64,000 bases of DNA. Origin: Podarcis liolepis (lineage: Eukaryota). This document shows, in pieces, positions 1 to 10,700 of this stretch (its first letter is position 1; the number at the start of each line of letters is the position of its first letter). A program made the position numbers and the translations under genes. The stretch is from NCBI GenBank assembly GCA_965112155.1, contig OZ218099.1; one strand, given 5' to 3'. The notes below the pieces were generated by a model. It was not told the origin of the DNA. It made no database searches and worked only from the letters and a program-made list of their open reading frames with translations.

Positions 1-479
1 ACATTTGCCCACACATTTCTCTCTCTCAGTCCTCAGTTTCCATACTTTCTGTTTTAGATTTAAGCACCTTGGAAGCAGGTTGCTACCTGTGTTATCGATG
101 TAATTATGTATGTACTGTACAGCATGTGCACAATAACAGGGTATCAATAAATAACTGCTTCCTTTAAACTTTAAACTTGTGAGGTGTAAATCCACCCAAC
201 AATCCTGCCAGGTGAAGGGCATATGGTTTGCCACTGTTGGAGGCAGAATTTAAGTCATGGTTGATCTGATTCTACATTTGTCCTTATGAATGTCATTCTA
301 GAATAGTTTGTTAGCAGAATCATATACTCTACTGCCTCTGAGCCCTGCTCTGACATTTCGTTCTGTACGCTGCAGTTCCATCAGTCGTCACCCTTATCCA
401 GAGGCCACGATTTTCTCTATTTTGTAAGCCCCAGTTCGACAGACGTGGGCTGGAGGCTGGACTCCAACCGGAGAGCGCT

Positions 480-1720
480 AAAGCGCGCTCACGCGTAACT
501 GCACAGCAGCACATGCCTCATCCTCCGATGTGTAAACACAGCCGCGCAGCGCCCACCGCCCAGCGCCACAGTGACGGGCGTGCGCGCCAGCCAATACAAC
601 GGAAGAAATACCCCAGCAACTGAATTGTTGGTGCTTGAGGGGGCGGGTGCGCGCCCGCCAATGCCTTCGGAGAGGTGGCGTTCGGAAGCCGAGCCGTACC
701 AATGGGAAAAAAGGAGTGTGGGGGCGGGGCCCTTTTCTTCCAATGGCAGCGACGGAGGGCGTGGCCTCGGGAGCCGCGCCCCCATGGGCACAGGAGGGTA
801 GGTGTTGGTTAGAGAGGCTGTCACTGGGTGTTGCGCTGGGAGCGAGGTCGGTCGGTGGGGAGGCGGCGGCAGCGACGGCAACGGCGCCTCTCGAGGGGCT
901 CGAGCAGCGGCGAAGAGTTGTGGCGACGGCAGCCGAGAGGGTCCCCCGTTGCCTTCCTCGGCAAGCACAGATCCTATTCCCCCGTTCCTCGTCGGTCGTG
1001 ACGGGCTCTCCCCTTCTTCTCTTTCGCTGCGACTGAGCGCGCCCAGCCAGGCAGGTTGGACGGGAGCGGCCGCCTTCGGTTCTCTTGGTCGTTGGCTGCG
1101 CCAGCCTAGCTCCACGCATGCCGGCCTCGTGGGTGCGTGGCCGCGGATGGCGCCGTTGAAAAGTCCTCCTCCGCTGTCACGGTTGTGCGGGGACCTCGCG
1201 GCGCCCACTGCCTCTCGCCTCCCACTGCTGGCAACGTGAGGCGACCCCCTCCTCCTCCTCCTCCTCTTGGCGGCAACCCACCCGAACCTGCTGCGAGCTC
1301 CCCCCGCAATCTCTGCTGCTGCCCCCGGCGACGCGCTCTGCGGGGCGGCTTCTTCGAACATGCCTTTGCGCCTGTGCTGCTGCTCTCCGCCGCCGCCGCC
1401 GTCCGTGACGCTCTCGGTGCCGCCACAGCTGGTCGTTGGGTGCCTCTCATGGGCGCTGGGAACTGACTTCCCGCAGGGACTTCTGTGAGGCCGAAGGGAG
1501 AGGAGGAGCGGGGAGCGGTGGCGAAAGAGGATGAACCACGTGGGCAGCCCTGTGAAAGCTTATGACTTCTTGCTGAAATTCCTGCTGGTGGGCGACAGCG
1601 ACGTGGGCAAAGGAGAGATACTAGCCAGCCTGGAGGATGGAGCCACTGAGTCGCCTTACGGGTACAATATGGGTAAGCAGCAACGGGGTTGTACCTGCGG
1701 CCAAGATCTAGGCCAGCCTC
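480..1720. promoter_or_regulatory. CpG island / promoter and GC-rich 5'UTR of RAB40B (possibly bidirectional)
   Basis: Sharp rise in GC and CpG against AT-rich flanks. CCAAT at 591, 658, 699 and 740; GC box GGGGCGGGGC at 721-730; runs into the RAB40B ATG at 1531. Confidence 0.85.
1531..1672 (+). CDS. RAB40B: RAB40B coding exon 1
   Basis: [34 protein letters not shown]...YNM G|GTAAGC; 142 nt. Confidence 0.95.
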
Positions 1721-4700
1721 GGTTACTTTGCGGCAGGTAGCTCTTTCTTACACCTGTAGACTGCACGGAGGAAGGTAGTGTTTGTGCAGGGCTGCCTTTC
1801 GAGATTACTGAGTCACCACAGACACCTCCCACACCTTGGCAGTTATAGGGCAGGGCTTCCATGACAGGGCATCTGCCTTCCCAGCTGCCTTGAGCTCTCT
1901 GGTAGCCTTCTTTAGAAACTGTGCAGTGGCAGGAAAGCCCATCGGCTACTGGCTGACGTGTTGTCGTCATCTGCTTTGATTATGCTTCCCACAATCCACC
2001 TTTAGGTTATTGCAAATAATCAGGTTTCACACACCTCCCTTAACGTTAAAAGGTTGCCCATTCCTGTCAACTGAATTACAAGGTGTGAGCACAAATGCAC
2101 TGTAAAATTTCCTCGTGAGTCAGTAAAGTTTATGTTGTCATGTAGATGTAATGGCCATGGTCAGACTAGCTTGGTGAAACTGAGTGTTCTGTAGACTCAG
2201 CAGAGCTACAGCAGAGGAGACCACAACCCAAAAAGAACCAAAGCACATACAAGGATACAGCCAAACAATTTTATTTGGGCCTCTTAAAGTCATTTAATCC
2301 TAGTGCTAAAATGAACTGCTGCCTCCACTTTGTTTTCTTGAAATCATGACAGTGATGCTCACATTCACACCAAATTAAAGGATGCACACTAAGTGGAGGA
2401 GATTAACATTTTGCTGTGCATATATCGTTGAAGAAGCGGAACAGTGTAAGTTTGTATTTGGGGTTTGTGTTCTGTGCCAGGCCAGCAAGCTTGTGCTGTA
2501 CAACTGCTTTGAGAAGTTACAAAGAATACCTCTTGTTAAATAGAGACTGGAAAGGTTTGCTATACAGGTCTTGTGCATCTTTCAGTTTTCTTAGAGTGAC
2601 CATCGGGAATGCTGAGTATTGGTGGAGATTTTCATTTTTTGAAAAATTAATCACTTTTTTTAGTTCTTGCAGGTAGCTGTCTGCTGTTTTAAAAGTATAA
2701 ACTATATGACCATATGCAGCAAATTGGGAAACTTTTTTTAAAAAGGTGAGGACCACATTTCCTCAGGGAACAGTAGTCTCAGGCTGCCTGCTTACTGGCA
2801 GTAGATACACTGTCGGAGGAAGAGGGGTGCAGTGGGTGCGATTCACCCTAGGTGTCATTGGCGTGGGAGGTGGCATCACCATGCCACCCCCCTGGGATGC
2901 TCACCGTGGCTGCACCCCCCTGGGATGCATGTGTGCCGCTCCGGGTGCCGGAGCAGCTAGCTCCGCCTCTGAGTGGATAGGTCTGAAGCCAAAAGTGGCT
3001 GGGGATACCTCATTCACACACATCCGCGGTGAACCTCCCTTTTAAACTCTACCTTACACCCACCAACGCACTCATTCATTCATTCTCACACTGCCCCCAT
3101 GCATGTACAGCTATGCACCTTCCTTTCTCAGCATCCGGAATGCTATCTCTACCTCCACTGGTAGCTCACATGGTTTCCGTGGTAGACACTGAGAAACATG
3201 CATTACTTTATCAGCACCTGACAGGGAAATGGTCATGTGATCATTTCTTCCATCAGGAGCTTGTTTCTAGAGTAAGGACCAAGGAAAACAATGTACATTA
3301 CCCCAATGTAGCATACAGTGGTACCTCTGGTTGCGAACAGGATCTGTTCCGGAGGCCCGTTCACAACATGAAAAGAGCGCAACCCGCAGCAGCGTGTCTG
3401 TGCATGCACAGGTTGTGATTCGCCGCTTCTGCGCATGACGTCATTTTGTGTTTCTGCGCATGCGCAAGTGGCGAAACCCGGAAGTAACCCTTTCCAGTAC
3501 TTCTGGGTCACCGCAGGACGTAACATGAAGCGGATGTAACATGAGGTATGACTGTATATCTTCTTGCTGCAAACATGGTGACTGGCTGGCCCATTTTTCT
3601 TTCTGAGGTGGAAGAGCAAATGCTTCCAACTCACCCGCTGCCAAGACAAGGTGTCTAGTACTCAGAGGTAGTCAATTTATTTTGCACATGAGGCAGAAAA
3701 TCACACAAGTGTCTCTCCCCTTCTCAGCAGTAAAAATACAGCAAATTAAATAACTTTCGATTTACTACCCTTTCATGACACCCCATAGCTGTCTAAGGCA
3801 GCTGTCTCTGCCTAATAGTAGAGCTGGCTCTCACAGGAGGTTAAGCATAGGCTCCGAATGGTATTACCCTAATAAACAGAGAGTGAAGAATTCACATGTA
3901 TTTTAATCAAGATGATGAATCTTTTTAGCCTGCTGATATGCAAAATATTTAGAACAGTGCAAGACATCTGGACATCCGCCTAAAAGTAATAAAGGTGGAT
4001 AAGGGTCTGAATTATGTTTTTTAAAAAAGGAAAAGACGAGAATAAGTATAGCACAAGATTATAATAGCACTACCAAGTGTTTCTGAAGAACTGATATGGA
4101 TAGGATGAGTATTTTTGGCATTAACACTGGAACATTTATTTATAGTTCATTCCTTCATTGAACCTGACAAATGAGAGGCTCAGACCATGTCAGATGCAGC
4201 TGAAAATCTGAACCTATGCATCTCTTTAATTTGATTTGATGCAAAGCAAAATAAAAACTTCCTCAGAATATGATTCCACATCAAAAATTTAATGAGTTCA
4301 TTTTTGACGATGGCTGCACCATCGAATGGCAGACTTGTCACTTACTTCAGTAGCAGCAGGATTGCACCCATACAGTCCAGTTCTAAACATTATTCAAATG
4401 TAATTAATGGGACTAACCTCTTTGTAAATAAGCATGGAATTACAGCATCATGGTATGTGAACACCATGTTGCCTCTTCCCAGGAGAGATGGGGACTCACT
4501 TTTTGGTCATTCTTCACAGCATATTCTTATTGTAGCTATTTGCAAATATTCAGCTAATAGTTTCAGTTAATGAGATTCTTGTGAGTAGATTCAGCCTGCC
4601 ATTTGAAATTGAGTCCTTCCCATCAAGCTGATCTGCCAATTGGTACCAAATCTGCTGGTAGCTGAAAAGGTAGACATTTCAAGTTGCAAACTGCAATAGA

Positions 4701-7700
4701 CTTTAGTTGTGAACAGTTCTAGCTTTCCTTATGTCTGTTGATAAATGGTAAAATGAACCCATAGAAATGAAGCAGTAATCATTGACTCTACTCAAGGAAA
4801 AAAGATGATACAACTTTGTGTGCACCATTTTGCTGATAATTTCAGTCTCCTTTCAAAGTGAAACATTTTTTCATTTGCTTTATGCTTGAGGGGAAAATGC
4901 TGCCTGTGCCATTAAATAAAAATAATTATAACTACTTGGGGCAAAGCTGGTAATTATTTTCTGCATGCACCCATTCCTATTGGGTGCCAGAAGCCTTGAG
5001 GCATGGGGCAATGGTAGGGTCAGGGTGGAGATGTCTAAAGAAGAAAAAACACTTCAAGAAATGTGCTGTGTTTCTGTACAACACGGACAGCAAATATGTA
5101 CATCATACACCGCCCAGTAGAAAAGTTCATCTTAGTTATTTCTGTATCCGGAACAGTGTATTAGGGAGTAGAGAGTGTTCAAGAGACGAACTGATTCACA
5201 ATGGCTCAGTTTGGATGCCATATTTGTAATGGTTTGGAGAGTCAGGAACATGCCACAAGTTCACTTACACCCTCTCCTTTCTCTGTTGAGCACCTTCATC
5301 TGTTCCTGGTTTTCCTCATTAGAATTGATTGGTTTTGAAAAAAAATATATCTAAAGACTCTGCCTATCCCTTCCTAGGTACACACGTCTAGTTTTTTTTA
5401 CGGGAACAGTAGGTGTAACAGCTATTTTTCCTATTTATTATACAGACTATAGCACTAAAGGCACTGGAAAAGAATGTCAAGCAGTATCACGCAAAGGCTA
5501 AACTGTTGTCGGGGTACATGTCAGAAATGTCCTTGGTCTGTGGGTTAGAAACAAAACAAAATGGTCAGACATCACTTAGGCCCATAATGCTAAAGCCTTT
5601 TCTTCCCTAATTACCACAGTTCCTTTGTAGATGACTTGCTTTTTTGAACCTAAGTTATGTGGTAATTTTTTGACCGTTATCGGGCCTAGTAAACACAGTG
5701 CATTGTCATCAAATGTTAGACTGCATTGGCAGGTTTTTCAGGTTTAACTGTTGAGTAATGTATGGGAGAGTTAAGAAGTAAAATACACTCCTCACAGAAA
5801 GCATATTCTTCTTTTGTGTGCAATGGGTTCACACAGGTCTTTTATAATTAGAAGACTGACAATGCAATCTGGTACATGTCTATTCAAAAGTAACTCCCAT
5901 TTGGTGTATTTATTATAACTATTTTAATAATTATGAATATATTGTCTTCTGGCTTTTCATAAGGACCCTGTGCATTGATTAAAACAATATACCATCCATA
6001 AAATAATAAAGACTAACCTAAAAACTAGAAGCCATATGTTAAAATATGTGGGGAAGGGCGGAGAGAGAAAACCAAACTGAAAGACATGGCAAAACAAACA
6101 AGGTTTTGAGGCACACTGAAATGCAAATAGATAAATCATGAATCAGGCAGGCATCCTAGTGCTGGGAGCTTTATAGGCAGTTACAACTACTTCAAATTGT
6201 GCTACGAAACAAACTGGGAAAGAATGCAGAGTTCTGAAAGGGAAATCCTAGATGCAATCTAGGCTGCTGCGTTTTGCACCAGCTGACGTTTGCATGGACT
6301 GAATGTAAACTACTAGAGAAATGTAAGAATCCACATCCATTGCTGTGCCTACTTTTACACCTGGCTCCACCCACCAATGGGGTGCAGCCCCCGCAGGGGA
6401 CCCATGAGGGAATGTGATCTTCAGGCTGTGAAAGGCTCCCCTTCCTGCAATAGGACATGATCTCACAAACTGTCAGCTTAGAGAGGTATCCTTTACCACA
6501 CTGTGCAGAAAGCAGGATTCTATCCTACACCTTAAAAGCTACTTTATGGTGATCATAGAATCAGAGAATTGTGGAGTTGGAAGGGATCCCATGGGTCATC
6601 TAGTCCAGTGTTTCCCAACCGGTGTGCCGCGGCACACTACTGTGCCGTGAGACACCGGCTGGTGTGCCGTGGGAGGGAGGCGGGCGAGGCGGGCGGCGAG
6701 AGGCGGCGGCGGCGGCGAGGATCCGCGTCGAGCCGGGGGCGGCTCCGCGGTGGTGGTGCCGAGCGGCGGGGCAGCTCGCGCAAAAGGGAGGAGCGCGAGA
6801 CAGCGGAGGAGGAGGAGGCCGGCATGTCCGGGCAGCAGCAGCAACAGCAGCAGCAGCAACTCCCGGCGACGGCTCCTCCTCCGCCCGCTATCGCCGCCGC
6901 CGCCTCAGCTGCCCTCGCTCTGCTGCCTCCTCCCACCCCGGCAAGGGGAAGGGAAAAAACGTTCACTTTTGTGCGTCCCCCCCCCGCGTGACGCTGCGCG
7001 CTGACGTCACGGGGCGGGGCTTTAATGGTGGTGTGCCGCGAGATTTTTTTCCGGTAAGCAGGTGTGCCGTTGCCCAAAAACGTTTGGGAAACACTGAATT
7101 CTAGTCCAATCCCCTGCAATGCCAGAATCACAGCTATCATGGTATATAAAATTTGTATACGATAGAAATTATCCAAGGCAGTAATCCTGGGAGGGTCAAA
7201 GCAGGGTAACTGTTGTCTTTGCCTGGTAGCCATTATGAATTCCCAAGAAGGATTCTGAGATTTTAAGAGAAAGCACTGGGCATAGTAACATAGTAACGGA
7301 GGGAGCTGCCTTATACTGAGTCCATCTGTTTCAGTACTGTCCAAATTGTCTGGCAGTGGCTGCAAAGGGAGATGATTTCTGGAAACACATGTTCCCCTCA
7401 TACAAGGGGTATAGAGCCTGATAACTAGTGATTTACTGTCACAGTAAAAGTGAGCTTCTTTCTGGCAGCTGAGCACAGGCATGGGCATGCTATTCTTAAT
7501 TTAAAAAATGATTTTGCTAGTTACAGCACGAAGCAAACACCTACTTGCTCCTCATTTGTTGTGCTGCGTTGGGTGTTGCAATCTATTACAGATGCAAATT
7601 GTCTCATGCTAGGCATAATTGCCAAATGTGGCAGAATTTTGGAATAGGTGCAATGAATCATGCTTAAAACGAGATAATGACTAATAGCTTATGAGCTCAG

Positions 7701-10700
7701 GGAAGGAAGAGAATAAAACAACAGAATTTAAGTCTGTAAAATCTGTGCACAATATTTGAAGGAAGCTCCATCCTCAAAAGATGTCTGTTAACATATTTCA
7801 AAGAATGGCACTTGCATTACTGAAAGCCTCTGTGGTTGGTCTGCGGTAATTTTATACCTCAGTAACTCTCTTCTTTTTGAAATTAAACGTTTTGTGTCTA
7901 TTCAAAACAACGGTTGAAAAGTCCAGTTCTTCCTTCCCTTTCTGATGGCACTTAGAGTCATAGTTATCAAAAGTAAATTTACTTTGTAATTTTTTAGTTA
8001 TAAAATTATTAACATATGCTCCTAGGCCATTGTCCCTGTTTACAGGTTCAGAAGCTATGAAGAAACAAAAGGGAAGGGAAGTGGAGCTGCACTATCTGAA
8101 AGAAGCAAAGTGTTAAAAGACTACAATAATGAACTTTAGGAGTAAGGAAGAAACAAACAAAAAAATCCAAATAGCACAGAAGTTTTTAAAACTGTTTCTT
8201 CATGAGATGAAGGGGCTGGTCAAAAATGTAAAGGGAAAATAGTGCTAGACATAAGAAAGAAAGCATGGGGAGAAGAAATATAACCATATAGTAGAGATTT
8301 AATTAAAAACATCAGTGCTTTATTAACAGAGGGACCAAAGAGAAAAATGGAAAGCAACAGATAGAAAAAGGGGCAAAAACATGAACAGATGTAACCTTCA
8401 TATCTAGTCATATTCTTGCCCCTTTTTTCTATCAGTATTCCTTCCTGTATTGCTTTATGCGAAGTTTAAACTTTTATTAACCTTTAAGAAGTTTAAACTT
8501 CATGAAGCCTGTGAAGGGAAATACCGGTATATAGAGAGGTATAAAATGACTGAAGAATTAGGAAAAAGCAGAAAAGAGAAAACAGAAATAATAGGTTTAA
8601 ACTGAGAAACAGGAAGATCAGTGAACAAGACATTTTAGTAGTTAACACAACATAGGCTGTAGGTCTGAACAATAATGTTAACTGATATTAAGAACAAATT
8701 TAGAAATCTTATAGAAATAAAATTGGCAGAACTTAGGTAGATAAGTGAGCGGAAATAGAAATAGATCAAAGATAACACCAAAACCCTTTAACTGTAAGAA
8801 AAGATTGAAGGTTGGTGCCAATTGGAACTTTGGAAGAGAAGGCAAAGTATCTTTTGCACAGTGACATCCAGGCGGATACAGACAATTTGAAATAAAGTAT
8901 TGGTAAAGGGGAGGGAAGGACCAAACAATAGCGCTTGAAATCATTCGTATAACAGTGGCACATTGCAAGCCACAAGAATAAATTGGATTGCTAAGAGAAA
9001 GCATATAAAGAGTGAAGAGAAGAGGGCTTAGAATAATAATTGAGGAAGACTTAAACGAAGCTTTTATGACACAGGAGTGAAAGCAGGAGTGGATGGTACT
9101 GTCCAGTCCCAAAGAACTGTAAAAGAAGCAGATAATGATCACCTGTACCCAAAGCTGATGAAAGTACATATAGAGAATGCTGGTGTATTTCAGAATATAA
9201 TACTACTTTAGATTTTCCACAGAGCAATCTCACTAGAATGTCTGAGTCAAAAACCAGCTGAAAAGAACCATAAAAAATTAGATGAAAGAAAACTGTCACA
9301 TTTAGATAAGATTAAGAGGAGCAGTTGAGTCCCCCCGATCTAAATCAATTTTAGTAAATATTGGGCCCTCACCACCACACACAATTTACCTCTTTTGTTT
9401 TCGTCAGGCGTTGTCTCATCTTGCTTTAAAAATGCTAGCTTCCCAAAGCTGGGGGGGGGGGGATATATGTGGACAATTTTACGACTATTGGAAACTAGCA
9501 TATTCAAAGCAAGAAGAAACAATGCTTGAAGAAAGGTATAGGTAAGAGAAAAGCAAATCAATATTTACTAAAATGGGAGAGGGAATTGGATCAAGAAGAT
9601 AAGCAGTACATTGAAGTGAAGAAAAAATAGAAATAGCATCAAATGTTCGAAAATGAAGAATAAGACAGTGTCCACACTATACCTTTAAAGCACATTCCCC
9701 TCCCTCAAAGAATTCTGGGTACTGTAGTTTAACCTCCAAAGAGTTATAATTTATAGCAACCAATAACAAACTTCAGCACTCAGAATTCTTAGAGGAAAAG
9801 AATGTGCTTAAAATGCACTATAAAAGTATAGTGTGTATACTGCCTAAAGAGATACAATAAAATTGAAGGAGTAGGAGGAATAATAGAACAGGAAGAAAAA
9901 GGAGGTGATGAAGAACAACAACCAACATAAATAACATTTCTGTTATTCGTTCCTCTCTCTTCTTCTGACTGTAATATACCTCCTACTCCTTCCATTTTAT
10001 TAAGTTACTTATTTGGTACTTAGATTTACTGAAATCATTTAGAGTTGTTTCCAGGGAACTAAAACTTTTAAGACGGTGGTATTGGTGTACTTTTGATCAT
10101 AGTCTAAACTGTTTGAAATCGCATCATAAAAGGCAAAACCCACAGCATTTCATAGTGCATGTGAATGATTAAACAATACTATCTTGCAGAGAAGCTGAAA
10201 TTTAACAATGTTCTAATAGGGCATGCAGAACAACTATGTAGTACTTTGGTCAAGCTGGTGAATGTTAAATCTCGAGATCCTTGTATAATGTCATTCCTTG
10301 CTAGTTCAGAATGCTGTTGTCTAGCTGCTCTCCCTTCACATGTTGTCTTTCCTTAACTGCTACAGGACAGCCCAGTCCTCGAAATAAATTTAAGCTGGGC
10401 CAACAAAATCAGTTTGTATGTGCATATTTTAATACTGAAACCAACTTGCGTCCTGTTGCTTTAGTAGAGAGCCTATAACTTTTTTGATTTGCACAGAACT
10501 CATGTGAAACAGAGGTCCCACCCCTTTTGCAAATATAAATATTTATGCTGGAACAGGGAGGCTGAGGGCGTGGGCCAAGTGAGCAGAGAGGAAGGATCTG
10601 GCACTATGCGGAATTCTCTGGTCAGTTGCAAAGAACAGGCCAAGCAAGGAGAGGTGGCAGACATATTATCACAACAATCCCCATCCTCCCTCAGTCTTAG

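Noticed and set aside
478-1466. Long overlapping ORFs on both strands (up to 290 aa)
   Set aside because: Stop-codon depletion in a CpG island; low-complexity R/G/A/P peptides with no domain.
6486-6494. U12-type donor GTATCCTTT in RAB40B intron 1 (another near 36100)
   Set aside because: No associated exon; a 9-mer is expected by chance at this window size; all real introns here have U2-type donors.
6637-7488. 283-aa minus-strand ORF with poly-Cys
   Set aside because: Antisense reading of the CAG run in the transposon cargo; it crosses the TIR and CR1 boundaries and has no transposase motifs.
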